DNA of 64,000 bases from an uncultured Armatimonadetes bacterium (lineage in GTDB: Bacteria > Armatimonadota > Hebobacteria > Hebobacterales > Hebobacteraceae). The notes beneath the pieces are model-generated. The model was not told the origin of the DNA. It made no database searches and worked only from the letters and a program-made list of their open reading frames with translations. Location: assembly GCA_963716175.1 (NCBI GenBank), contig OY970296.1, forward strand, positions 3,392,001 through 3,456,000. The letters are read 5' to 3'. Of the stretch, positions 47,868-57,171 are shown one piece after another (position 1 is the stretch's first letter; the number at the start of each line of letters is the position of its first letter). Position numbers and translations under genes: made by a program.

Positions 47868-49217
47868 GTGCCCGAGCCCCTAGTCAACACAGGTGATCGC
47901 ATCCGTCTCCACCTCGACTCTCTCGCGGCCGGCGGGGAGGCCGTGGGGCGGCACGAGGGCCTCGCCGTGTTCGCTTTGTGGGGATGCCCGGGCGATGAGG
48001 CCGAGGTCGAGATCACAGAGGTGCAGCAGCGGTTCGCCCGGGGCGTGGTGCGGGAGGTGATCGCCCCGTCGCCCGATCGGGTGACCGCGCCCTGCCCGCA
48101 TTTTGGCTCTTGCGGCGGCTGCCAGATTCAGCACATCGCCTATGCCGCGCAGTTGCGCCATAAGACGTCCATCGTGCGCGACGCGCTGGCTCGCATCGGC
48201 GGTCTGTCTGAGGCTAAGATCGGGGAGACCTGGGGCATGGATGATCCCTGGCATTATCGGAATCGCGTCGAGTACCACGCGCAGCTCGATGAATCGGGCG
48301 ATCTCTACCTCGGCTTCACCCGACATCACAGCCACGACGTGTTCGCGCTGCGGGAGTGCGCGCTCCAGCATCCGCTCTCCGAGCAGGTCCGGCTGGCCTT
48401 GCTGGAGCTGATGCCGCGGCTGGCGCAGGGAGTGGAGGAAAGAGCCAGGCTGCTCGACGCGGAGAGCCTGGTATCCTTCGCCTCCGAGCAGGCGCTAGTC
48501 ACTCTGGTATGTGACGGGCGGCCGCCGTTCGTGCCGCAACTGGCCGATGAGCTGATGAAGGTAAAGGGCGTGGCGGGCGTGGCCGCGGCCCGTGCGCGGG
48601 GCCGGCTGGCCGGTCACCGCTCGCCCGCGGAGACCATCGCCGGCGACGGGCACCTGGTGGAGCGCCTCGATGGTGAGGGGTATCGCATCTCGCCTGACTC
48701 GTTCTTCCAGGTGAACCCGCGGCAGGCGGCGCGCATGGTTGAGCTGGTAAAGGAATGGTCGGCGGTGGGGCGTGGTGACGGGGTTCTGGACCTCTACACC
48801 GGAGTCGGCACATTTTTGCTGCCCCTGGCAAGACGGGCGCACCATGCGGCGGCGGTGGAGGAGTCGGAGGCCGCGCTGGCCGACGCGCGGGCGAACCTGC
48901 GGCGGTGGCGGCTGAGCAACGTGAGCCTTTACGAGGGCCGAGTGGAGCGGGCGCTGCCGCGCCTGGCCCAGCGCGGCTGGAGAAGCGATGTGATCGTGCT
49001 GGATCCGCCGCGCAAAGGCTGCGGCCCCATCGTCTGCGCCTCCGCCGCCAGGCTCACCCCGCGCCGCATCATCCTCGTCTCCTGCCACCCCGCCACCCTC
49101 GCCCGCGACCTCAAGTGCCTGGCCGAGCACGGCTACCTCGCGCGTAAAGTGCAGCCCGTGGATATGTTCCCGCAGACCTGGCACGTGGAGGCGGTGGCGC
49201 TCTGCGAGAAAGCCTAG
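47868..49217 (+). CDS. rlmD: 23S rRNA (uracil-C5)-methyltransferase RlmD/RumA
   Basis: TRAM domain, CPHFGSCGGCQ, SFFQVN, LDLYTGVG, LDPPRKG, DMFPQTWHVE. Confidence 0.93.
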   Translation: MPEPLVNTGDRIRLHLDSLAAGGEAVGRHEGLAVFALWGCPGDEAEVEITEVQQRFARGVVREVIAPSPDRVTAPCPHFGSCGGCQIQHIAYAAQLRHKTSIVRDALARIGGLSEAKIGETWGMDDPWHYRNRVEYHAQLDESGDLYLGFTRHHSHDVFALRECALQHPLSEQVRLALLELMPRLAQGVEERARLLDAESLVSFASEQALVTLVCDGRPPFVPQLADELMKVKGVAGVAAARARGRLAGHRSPAETIAGDGHLVERLDGEGYRISPDSFFQVNPRQAARMVELVKEWSAVGRGDGVLDLYTGVGTFLLPLARRAHHAAAVEESEAALADARANLRRWRLSNVSLYEGRVERALPRLAQRGWRSDVIVLDPPRKGCGPIVCASAARLTPRRIILVSCHPATLARDLKCLAEHGYLARKVQPVDMFPQTWHVEAVALCEKA

Positions 49218-49287
49218 TGGGACGGCGCGTTGGTCGCCCGGGCAACAGCGCGCGTCGCTGGCCCTCACAGACGTAGCTTCCCGAGCA

Positions 49288-49317
49288 TTGACTCCCACGC
49301 TGGGGGACCCATAGAAT
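49288..49317 (+). promoter_or_regulatory. Promoter TTGACT-18-TAGAAT
   Basis: Near consensus, upstream of the secreted-protein gene. Confidence 0.5.
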
Positions 49318-49394
49318 GCCCGCGCTTGGGAGGATATAGCTCCAGGCTTGCTCCGGGTACGGAAGCGGTTGCGACTAGTCGAGCAAGGGAGGTC

Positions 49395-49955
49395 ATGATG
49401 AGAGTTGCGTCGAGGGCAGTGCTGTCAATCGCTTTTCTGTTCGGCTGCACCGCTGTCGCCAATGCGGCGCGAACGGTCGTTCCCAAGGGAACAGAGGTGA
49501 TGTTGGTGTTTGACCAGGCCGTGAGTTCGAAGACGGCCAAGCCTGGGCAGGCGGTCAAGCTTCACGTCAAGGACGACGTGATGGTGAACCGCACTGTGGT
49601 CGTGAAGGCTGGGACCGAGGTAAAAGGCGTCATCAGCAGGGTCGAGAAGCGCAAGAGGTACGGTGTCAACGCGACGCTGCGCATGGTCTTCAACCCCGTG
49701 AGCACGGTCTTCGGCACCGCTCTCCCCATTCAACCGCGCACCCAGGGAGGTGCCATCGGCAGGAAGACCGCAGGAGCGGCCGCAGCCACTGCCGGTGGCG
49801 CCGTGGTGCTCGGGCCGGTGGGGCTGGTCGGCGGCTACTTCATCTCTGGCAAGACCCTCAACGTGAAGCCGGGCGAAACCATTGCCACCGAGGTCTCGAA
49901 GCGGACCCTAGTGGGGCGGACCGAGGCCACCGCGCGGAAGCGCAAGTCGCGATAG
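49395..49955 (+). CDS. Hypothetical secreted basic protein (beta-rich domain with a glycine-zipper-like segment)
   Basis: Signal peptide ending ANA; VPKGTEV.L.FDQAVSSKTAKPGQ; AAGAAAATAGGAVVLGPVGLVGG; SD GGGAGG. Confidence 0.8.
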   Translation: MMRVASRAVLSIAFLFGCTAVANAARTVVPKGTEVMLVFDQAVSSKTAKPGQAVKLHVKDDVMVNRTVVVKAGTEVKGVISRVEKRKRYGVNATLRMVFNPVSTVFGTALPIQPRTQGGAIGRKTAGAAAATAGGAVVLGPVGLVGGYFISGKTLNVKPGETIATEVSKRTLVGRTEATARKRKSR

Positions 49956-50098
49956 AGGTGAGGCAGTCTGGGGGGTGAAGGCTCGGAGCGCCACGATGCC
50001 GTGAGCAATCGTGTGGGCGGCAGCGCGTGAGCGCTGCCGCCCGCGCTGGCCTCGAGGGCCCTCTGACTGCGGCTTGACTGGCGTGCTATAATGGCCAT

Positions 50099-50944
50099 GT
50101 GAAGCAAGTCCTGGCGGCAGAGATCAGCGCTCGGGTGGCCGAGCTGTGCATCCAGGCCTGCACCGTGCTTCCCCCTGATGTGATCGCGGCGCTGCAGATG
50201 GCGCGCGAGCAGGAGGAGTCGCCGGCGGGCCGCGACGTGCTGTCACGACTGCTGGACAACGCCGCCCTGGCAGCAGATCAACATCTCCCCATGTGCCAGG
50301 ACACCGGCCTGGCCGTGGTCTTTGTTAAGCTGGGGGAGGAGGTCAGGATCGCTGGAGGCAGCCTGGCGAGCGCGATCACGGCCGGGGTGCGGGAGGGCTA
50401 CGAGAGGGGGTATCTCAGGAAATCGGTGGTGATGAGTCCGCTGGACCGGCGCAACACGGGCGACAATACGCCCCCGGTGGTGCACGTCGAATTGGCGCCC
50501 GGGGATGGACTACAGATCACGGTGGCGGCGAAGGGCGCGGGGTCGGAGAACATGAGCCGTCTGCGCATGATGGCGCCGGCCGATGGCATCGAGGAGGTGA
50601 AGCGGCTGGTGGTGGAGACGGTGGAGGGAGCAGGTGCTAGCGCTTGCCCGCCCCTGGTGATCGGCGTGGGGTTGGGGGGCAGCTTCGAGCAGTGCGCTCT
50701 CATTGCCAAGCAGGCGCTGCTCCGCCCGCTCGATGAGCCGAACCCGAGCCCGGAGGAGGCGGCGCTGGAGGCGGAGCTGCTGGAGCTGGTGAACGCTACC
50801 GGGATCGGGCCCATGGGAGTGGGAGGGCGGATCACGGCGCTGGCGGTGAATGTCGCGACCCGCCCCTGCCACATCGCCAGCCTGCCGGCTGCGGTCAACT
50901 TGCAGTGCCACGCCGCGCGGCACGCGTCGTACGAGTGGAAGTGA
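50099..50944 (+). CDS. Class I fumarate hydratase / tartrate dehydratase alpha subunit
   Basis: PMCQDTG, NTGDNTP, KGAGSEN, ACPP, CHIASLP, CHAARH. Confidence 0.93.
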   Translation: MKQVLAAEISARVAELCIQACTVLPPDVIAALQMAREQEESPAGRDVLSRLLDNAALAADQHLPMCQDTGLAVVFVKLGEEVRIAGGSLASAITAGVREGYERGYLRKSVVMSPLDRRNTGDNTPPVVHVELAPGDGLQITVAAKGAGSENMSRLRMMAPADGIEEVKRLVVETVEGAGASACPPLVIGVGLGGSFEQCALIAKQALLRPLDEPNPSPEEAALEAELLELVNATGIGPMGVGGRITALAVNVATRPCHIASLPAAVNLQCHAARHASYEWK

Positions 50945-51029
50945 GCATGCGCTCCTTTCAGACGTCGCCGTCTGATGTGAGTTGCCCACTATGCAGTTAG
51001 GCCTGACAGCAGAGAGGGATGGCCGTTCA

Positions 51030-51177
51030 TGTAGGGCGGCCATGCGCCCCGGAGCTCGGGCGGAGGGGCGCATAGCCGCCGAGAGTCCCCTCTCAGAGCC
51101 AACCCTCTGGGAGCGCGGCAGCGAGGCGGCGGCGATGCCTCGTGCTTCTGACAAGCACTCGGCATGGCCGCCCTACA
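51030..51177. mobile_element. REPIN/MITE-like non-autonomous element with perfect 16-bp terminal inverted repeats
   Basis: TGTAGGGCGGCCATGC (51030-45) / GCATGGCCGCCCTACA (51162-77); each end also folds into its own hairpin. Confidence 0.75.
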
Positions 51178-51194
51178 AGGCCAGCAGGTAAGCC

Positions 51195-51770
51195 ATGTGT
51201 GACTGCTGCCAACAGCATGAGCCAATCCGTCTCGCCACGCCGCTGACCGAGGCCGGTGTGCTCGATCTGCGCTCAGGCCAGCAAGTGCTGATCAATGGCG
51301 TGATCTACACCGCCCGCGATGCCGCGCACAAGCGCATGGTCGAGGGGCTGGGGCGCGGCGAGGAGCTGCCCTTCGATGTCAGGGGGCAGGTGATCTATTA
51401 CGTAGGTCCGACGGCCGCCCCGCCGGGACGGATCATTGGGGCCGCCGGCCCCACCACCGCCGGCCGCATGGACCGCTATACGCCGGCGCTGCTGGCGCAG
51501 GGCCTCAAGGGTATGATAGGGAAGGGGCCGCGCTCGGCCGAGGTGCGCCGGGCGCTTCAGGAGTACAAGGCGGTCTACTTCGGCGCCATTGGGGGGGCGG
51601 GGGCGCTGCTGGCCCAGTGCATCACCGGGGTGGAGCTGATCGCTTATGAGGACCTGGGGACGGAGGCGATTCGCCGGCTGGAGGTGCGGGATTTCCCGGC
51701 GCTGGTGATCAACGATTGCTATGGAGGAGATGCCTACGCCGAGGGGCGCGAGCGTTGGCGAAGCCGATGA
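51195..51770 (+). CDS. Class I fumarate hydratase / tartrate dehydratase beta subunit
   Basis: IYTARDAAHKR, GPTTAGRMD, MIGKG, EDLGTEA. Confidence 0.94.
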   Translation: MCDCCQQHEPIRLATPLTEAGVLDLRSGQQVLINGVIYTARDAAHKRMVEGLGRGEELPFDVRGQVIYYVGPTAAPPGRIIGAAGPTTAGRMDRYTPALLAQGLKGMIGKGPRSAEVRRALQEYKAVYFGAIGGAGALLAQCITGVELIAYEDLGTEAIRRLEVRDFPALVINDCYGGDAYAEGRERWRSR

Positions 51771-52420
51771 AGCCGAGACTGGCCATCATTGACTATGGTA
51801 TGGGGAATCTGCGGAGCGTGCAGAAGGCCCTGGAGCGCGTCGGAGCGCAGGCCGACATCATCACCGCTCCCGCCGCGGCCGCGGGTGCGGCGGGCCTGGT
51901 GCTGCCGGGCGTGGGCGCGTTCGGGCAGGCGATGGAGCGGCTGTGCCGCGATGGGTTCGACACACTGGTGAAGGACTGGATCGCGGCCGGTCGGCCGTTC
52001 CTGGGCATCTGCCTCGGGCTCCAGCTTGTGTTCTCGGAGAGCGAGGAGTTCGGCCCGGTGGCCGGCCTGGGCATCGTGCCGGGGCGCGTGGTGCGCTTCT
52101 CGGGGCCGGCCTATGAGTCGCACGATGGAGAGCCAGGCCTGAAGGTGCCGCATATAGGATGGAACGGGCTGCGCGTAGTCAGGCCGCACCCGGTGGTGGC
52201 GGGCCTGCCCGACGGCGCCATGGCCTACTTCGTGCACTCCTACTTCTGCGTGCCCGATGACCCGGATTGGACTGCGATCACGACGGACCACGGGCTCGAT
52301 TTCACCTGCGCCATCGCCCGGGCGAATCTGTTCGCGTCGCAGTTCCACCCCGAGAAGAGCGGCGATGTCGGCCTGCGGATGCTGACCAACTTCGTGGGGC
52401 TGGTCGAGAGGGCGGGATGA
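51767..52420 (+). CDS. hisH: Imidazole glycerol phosphate synthase, glutaminase subunit
   Basis: IDYGMGNLRSV, LPGVGAF, GICLG, VPHIGWN, YFVHSY, QFHPEKS. Confidence 0.97.
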   Translation: MKPRLAIIDYGMGNLRSVQKALERVGAQADIITAPAAAAGAAGLVLPGVGAFGQAMERLCRDGFDTLVKDWIAAGRPFLGICLGLQLVFSESEEFGPVAGLGIVPGRVVRFSGPAYESHDGEPGLKVPHIGWNGLRVVRPHPVVAGLPDGAMAYFVHSYFCVPDDPDWTAITTDHGLDFTCAIARANLFASQFHPEKSGDVGLRMLTNFVGLVERAG

Positions 52421-53172
52421 TGGAGGTCATCCCTGCCATTGACCTGCGGGGCGGGAGATGCGTGCGGCTGGTGCAGGGGGACTATAATCGCGAGACCGTA
52501 TTCAGTGATGACCCTGCGGCGATGGCCAGGCATTGGGAGGAGCAAGGCGCGCGCCGGCTCCACATCGTGGATCTGGATGGCGCGCGGCAGGGTGAGCCGC
52601 GGAACCTGGAGGCGGTGGAGCAGATCGCGCGGGCGGTGAGCATCCCGGTGCAGCTTGGCGGCGGGATGCGAGATGAGGCGACCGCGCGCCGGGCGTTGGC
52701 GCTGGGCGTGGAGCGCGTGATCATCGGCACCGCGGCCCTCGACCGCACCGCGGCGCGGCGGATGATCGAGGTGCTGGGCGACGCCGTGGTGGCCGGGATA
52801 GATGCGCGGGAGGGCCGAGTGGCAGTGCGAGGATGGTTGGAGACAAGCGAGGTCACGGCGGTCGCGCTGGCGCGCGAGCTGACGGCCCTGGGAGTGCGCT
52901 GGATCGTGTTCACCGACATCGGCCGGGACGGGGTGCTGGAGGGGCCGAACGTGTCGGCCTTGCGGGAGATGGTGGAGAGCGTGACTGCCCGCGTGATCGC
53001 CTCTGGCGGCATCAGCAGCGTGGAGGATGTGAGAGCGGTGCGAGACGCGGGCGCGGCCGGGGCCATCATCGGCACCGCGCTCTACACCGGCCGCTTGCGC
53101 CTGAAAGAGGCGATGGAGGCGGTGGCTAGGCCCTTCAGGCCGCCATCCCGGCCCGCCGCCGGTGGGACCTAG
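52417..53172 (+). CDS. hisA: ProFAR isomerase
   Basis: [39 protein letters not shown]. Confidence 0.96.
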   Translation: MMEVIPAIDLRGGRCVRLVQGDYNRETVFSDDPAAMARHWEEQGARRLHIVDLDGARQGEPRNLEAVEQIARAVSIPVQLGGGMRDEATARRALALGVERVIIGTAALDRTAARRMIEVLGDAVVAGIDAREGRVAVRGWLETSEVTAVALARELTALGVRWIVFTDIGRDGVLEGPNVSALREMVESVTARVIASGGISSVEDVRAVRDAGAAGAIIGTALYTGRLRLKEAMEAVARPFRPPSRPAAGGT

Positions 53173-53176
53173 GGAG

Positions 53177-53965
53177 ATGCTAGCCAAGCGGATCATCTGC
53201 TGCCTGGACGTGGACCGAGGACGAGTGGTGAAGTGCATCAAGTTCCTCGACCCGCGGGACGCGGGCGACCCGGTGGAGATGGCGACCCGGTACAATGACG
53301 AGGGCGCGGATGAGGTGACCTTCCTGGACATCTCCGCTTCTCACGAGGGCCGGCAGACCATGATCGAGGTCGCCTCCCGCACCGCCGAACAGGTCTTCAT
53401 CCCCTTCACCGTGGGCGGGGGCATTCGGACGGTAGATGATTTCCGTGCCGTGCTCAGGACGGGCGCGGACAAGGTCGGGGTGAACACAGCCGCGATCAAG
53501 CGGCCCGAGCTGATCACGGAGGCCGCCGAGCGCTTCGGCGCGCAGTGCGTGGTGGTCTCCATTGATGCCAAGAGGCGGAGCGACGCGCCGGCCAGAAGCC
53601 CGCGGTGGGAGTGCTACGTGAACGGAGGCCGCACGCCGACGGGAGTGGACGCACTGGAGTGGGCGATCAGAGTTGAGGAACTGGGCGCGGGCGAGATTCT
53701 GCTGAACAGCATTGACGCCGACGGCACCATGCAGGGCTACGATATCGAGCTGTGCCGCACTATCGCGGATGCGGTGCGCATCCCCGTGATCGCCTCCGGT
53801 GGCGCCGGCACCCCGGAGCACATCTATCAGGCGCTCACCGAAGGGAGATGCGAAGCGGCCCTGATCGCCAGCATCGCTCACTATTCCACCCACCCCATCG
53901 CCGAGATCAAGCACTACCTGGCGGAGCGGGGGGTGCCGGTGAGGCCGATCGCGCAGGCCGCGTGA
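53177..53965 (+). CDS. hisF: Imidazole glycerol phosphate synthase, cyclase subunit
   Basis: [48 protein letters not shown]. Confidence 0.97.
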   Translation: MLAKRIICCLDVDRGRVVKCIKFLDPRDAGDPVEMATRYNDEGADEVTFLDISASHEGRQTMIEVASRTAEQVFIPFTVGGGIRTVDDFRAVLRTGADKVGVNTAAIKRPELITEAAERFGAQCVVVSIDAKRRSDAPARSPRWECYVNGGRTPTGVDALEWAIRVEELGAGEILLNSIDADGTMQGYDIELCRTIADAVRIPVIASGGAGTPEHIYQALTEGRCEAALIASIAHYSTHPIAEIKHYLAERGVPVRPIAQAA

Positions 53966-53973
53966 TCGCAGAT

Positions 53974-54055
53974 GTAGGGGCGCGATTCCCGCCACGCGGC
54001 CGGCGGGCAAGCTCTGCGCCCCGCAGGACGTGGGCGGGATGAATCCCGCCCCTAC
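53974..54055. repeat. GTAG REP doublet with a nested hairpin
   Basis: GTAGGGGCGCG..[CCCGCC..GGCGGG]..TGCGCCCC ... GGGCGGGATGAATCCCGCCCCTAC. Confidence 0.8.
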
Positions 54056-54100
54056 GAGAGAACCGCGTCTTGCGAGGGGCCTTCGGCATGGCAACAGGGC

Positions 54101-56044
54101 ATGAAGTCTGACCGGGGCATCAGCGCGCGCAGTGTGCTCCTCGGCTTCGTCCTCGCAGCCGGCCTCGCTGCTCTTACTCCCTATAACGACTACGTAGTCG
54201 GCAACACCTACATCGCCGGCAACCATTTCCCGGTGGGCGCGGTGGCGGTGCTGCTGCTGCTGTCCCTGCTCAATCTGCTGGCTCACCGGGTTCGGCGAAA
54301 GACGCTGTTTTCCACCCGCGAGCTGGCGGTGATCTACATCATCATCATGGTCACCTCTGGTATCCCCTCCTCCGGCCTGCTGCGCTACCTGGTGCCGGTG
54401 GTGACCGCGCCCTTCTACTTCGCCACCCCCGGCAACCAGTGGGCCAAGCTGTTCTGGGATTACATCCCGCCCTGGCTGGGTGTCAGCAATAGAGAGGCGG
54501 CGAACTGGTTCTGGGAGGGGCTGCCGGCCGGCTCGTCCATCCCCTGGGGCGAGTGGTGGTTCACGCTCTCCCGCTGGTTCGTGTTCGTGGGCGCGGTGTG
54601 GCTGATGATGTTCGCGCTGGCCGCGCTGGTCCGCAAGCAGTGGGCGGATAGAGAGCGGTTGACCTTCCCCCTGGTCCAGTTCCCGCTGGAGGTGCTGCGG
54701 GGCGATGAGCGAGGGCCCTCGGCAGCGTTTTTCAGCAACCGGCTGGTGTGGATCGGGGCGGGCACGGTGTTCCTGATCCACATCATCAACGGGCTGCACC
54801 GGCACTTCCCCGCGATTCCGGAGATTCCCACGTTCTGGACCCTGGACCAGTATCTGCCGGACCGGCCGTGGGATGCCGCGGTGCCCGTCTACATCGGGCT
54901 CTTCTTCTCCGCGGTCGGGTTCGGGTATCTGCTCTCACTGGAGGTGGCGGCCGGGTTCTGGTTCTCCGTCATCTTCATCAAGATCCAGGGCGTTCTCCTG
55001 AGCCTACTGGGCTATGAAGGGTCGAGCGCGTGGGGTGGGGTGATCTCCGAGATCGGGCAGCGGGAGCAGATGGGCGGGCTGCTGGTGCTCGCCGCGATGC
55101 TGCTGTGGTTTCTCCGCGGGACGCTGGCCGACGCGTTCAAGAGGGCCTTCACCCGCTCGCCCCAGGTAGATGACGCCGGCGAGCCACTGAGCTACCGGTT
55201 CGCAGTGTTCGGCCTGCTGGGGAGCCTGGGCCTGGGCTATTGCTGGCTGGTGGCCGCGGGCATGACTCCGCCGTTCGCGGTTCTCTTCCTGGTGGCCTTC
55301 GTCTCCATCTGCCTGGTGTTGACCCGGATCATCGCGGAGGCCGGGATGCTGATGATCCACCTCAGCTACTGGCCCGTGGATTACCTGCTGATGTTCGGCG
55401 GGACCAATGCGTTGGGGCCGGGCAATCTCACGGCGCTCACATTCGTGGACTGCGCCCTCACTTTCGACCTGCGCGAGTTCCTGATGCCCTCTTTGCTGAA
55501 TGGCTTTCGCATGTCGGAGCAGTCCGGGGTGAGCACTCGCAAGCTCAGCCGGCTGCTGGCGGTGGCCCTCGTGTTCGTGCTGCTGGTGAGTCTGCCGGCA
55601 TTCCTCATCACGTTCTACCGGCCGGGGGCAATCCAGGTGGCGAATGTGGATCAGATCATGTACCACCCCCGGTACTTCTTCGATATGCTTGCCAGCCGGC
55701 TGCAGAACCCGGCCGAACACCCGACAGGCGTGGCCTACCTGTCCCTGGCGGTCGGCGGGGCGATGGTGGCGGCGCTGGCCTGGCTGCGGCTGAACTTCGT
55801 GTGGTGGCCGATCCACCCTCTGGGGTTCGTGATGGCAACCTCGTGGGCGAGCCTGAACCTCTGGTTCTCGCTCTTCCTGGGATGGTTTTTCAAGCTGCTC
55901 ACCATCCGCTATACTGGGCTGCGGGGCTACGTGCAGTTTCGGCCCTTGTTCCTGGGCATCATCATGGGAGATGTGCTGGGCGCGGTGCTCTGGATCATCG
56001 TGGGTTTCTTCACCGGGGTGGGGATCATGGTGACGGTGAACTGA
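54101..56044 (+). CDS. Large polytopic membrane protein (DUF6785/DUF6784-like, putative transporter)
   Basis: About 16 TMs; RKQWADRERLTFPL, TRIIAEAG, WWPIHPLG, F.PLFLGIIMGD motifs recalled for this family. Confidence 0.8.
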   Translation: MKSDRGISARSVLLGFVLAAGLAALTPYNDYVVGNTYIAGNHFPVGAVAVLLLLSLLNLLAHRVRRKTLFSTRELAVIYIIIMVTSGIPSSGLLRYLVPVVTAPFYFATPGNQWAKLFWDYIPPWLGVSNREAANWFWEGLPAGSSIPWGEWWFTLSRWFVFVGAVWLMMFALAALVRKQWADRERLTFPLVQFPLEVLRGDERGPSAAFFSNRLVWIGAGTVFLIHIINGLHRHFPAIPEIPTFWTLDQYLPDRPWDAAVPVYIGLFFSAVGFGYLLSLEVAAGFWFSVIFIKIQGVLLSLLGYEGSSAWGGVISEIGQREQMGGLLVLAAMLLWFLRGTLADAFKRAFTRSPQVDDAGEPLSYRFAVFGLLGSLGLGYCWLVAAGMTPPFAVLFLVAFVSICLVLTRIIAEAGMLMIHLSYWPVDYLLMFGGTNALGPGNLTALTFVDCALTFDLREFLMPSLLNGFRMSEQSGVSTRKLSRLLAVALVFVLLVSLPAFLITFYRPGAIQVANVDQIMYHPRYFFDMLASRLQNPAEHPTGVAYLSLAVGGAMVAALAWLRLNFVWWPIHPLGFVMATSWASLNLWFSLFLGWFFKLLTIRYTGLRGYVQFRPLFLGIIMGDVLGAVLWIIVGFFTGVGIMVTVN

Positions 56045-56085
56045 CCAGTTCACCGCAGAGACGCGGAGAGCGCGGAGAGGAATCT

Positions 56086-56466
56086 ATGGATCTCGAGACG
56101 CTGAAATGGGATGAGAAAGGGCTGGTCTCGGTGGTGTTCCAGGACCACCAGACGGGCGAGGTGCTGACGCTGGGGTACATGAACCGGGAGGCGCTCGCGC
56201 GCACCCTGGAGACGAAACGGGTGCACGTCTACCGGCGCTCGCACGGCCGGGTGATGGAGAAGGGTGAGAGGTCAGGCAACTACCAGCTCGTGAAACAAGT
56301 CTGGGTGGACTGCGACGCCGACGCCCTGGTGATGAAGATCGAGCAGATGGGAGGCGCGGCCTGCCACACCGGCCATCGGTCGTGCTTCTACCGAAACCTG
56401 GAGGGCGGGGAGCTGGTCACGGTCGGCGAGCGCGTGTTCGACCCGAAGGAGGTCTATGGGCAGTGA
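56086..56466 (+). CDS. hisI: Phosphoribosyl-AMP cyclohydrolase
   Basis: VLTLGYMNREAL, KGERSGN, DCDADAL, ACHTGHRSCF. Confidence 0.96.
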   Translation: MDLETLKWDEKGLVSVVFQDHQTGEVLTLGYMNREALARTLETKRVHVYRRSHGRVMEKGERSGNYQLVKQVWVDCDADALVMKIEQMGGAACHTGHRSCFYRNLEGGELVTVGERVFDPKEVYGQ

Positions 56467-57143
56467 GGCGGCGGCCCTGCATCGCCATTGATGGCCCGGT
56501 GGGCGCAGGCAAGAGCACCATCGCCCGGCTGGTGGCCGGCGCTCTCGGCTACCGGTATGTTGACTCCGGGGCGATGTATCGGGCGCTGGCCTGGGCGGCG
56601 CAGCAGCAGGGCATCGCCGCCGGCGACACGCCGCGGGTGCTGGCCCTGCTGCATCACCTCCACCTGCGCCTCGCGCCACAGGCCGAAGGCAGGGACCGGG
56701 TGTTCGTGGATGACCGGGAGATCACTGAAGAGATCCGCACGCAGCAGGTAGGAGAGCTGGCTTCCCGGTTGTCGGAGATCCCGGAGGTGCGGCGGCAGAT
56801 GGTCGCGCTCCAGCAGGAGATGGCGCGGGAGGGGGGGGTGGTGATGGAGGGCCGCGACATCCAGACCGTGGTGCTGCCGGAGGCGGAAGTCAAGATCTTC
56901 CTCACCGCGCCCGCCGAGGAGCGGGCCCAGCGGCGGATGTTGGAGCTGCGGGAGCGAGGCGATGCTGCGGATTTCGCGAGCGTGCTGGCCGAGATCGAAG
57001 CGCGGGACGAAAGGGACACCAGCCGAGCGCACTCGCCGCTGCGGGCGGCCGCCGACGCAGTGTATGTGGACACCGGAGGCCTGACCATCGAGCAGGTGGT
57101 GGAGCGGGTGCTGAAGGTGGTGCGCGCCCGGGAGAAGACCTGA
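56463..57143 (+). CDS. cmk: Cytidylate kinase
   Basis: IAIDGPVGAGKST, DSGAMYR, VMEGRDI.TVV, RDERD.SR.HSPL. Confidence 0.96.
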   Translation: MRRRPCIAIDGPVGAGKSTIARLVAGALGYRYVDSGAMYRALAWAAQQQGIAAGDTPRVLALLHHLHLRLAPQAEGRDRVFVDDREITEEIRTQQVGELASRLSEIPEVRRQMVALQQEMAREGGVVMEGRDIQTVVLPEAEVKIFLTAPAEERAQRRMLELRERGDAADFASVLAEIEARDERDTSRAHSPLRAAADAVYVDTGGLTIEQVVERVLKVVRAREKT

Positions 57144-57171
57144 GAGAGAAGAGGTCACGAGGAGACGAGTC

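Noticed and set aside
7596-54805. Long antisense or alternative-frame ORFs (e.g. 7596-9023, 12937-14604, 25706-27202, 28456-30045, 53180-54805)
   Set aside because: Shadow ORFs expected from high-GC codon bias opposite well-supported genes; they show no recognisable motifs.
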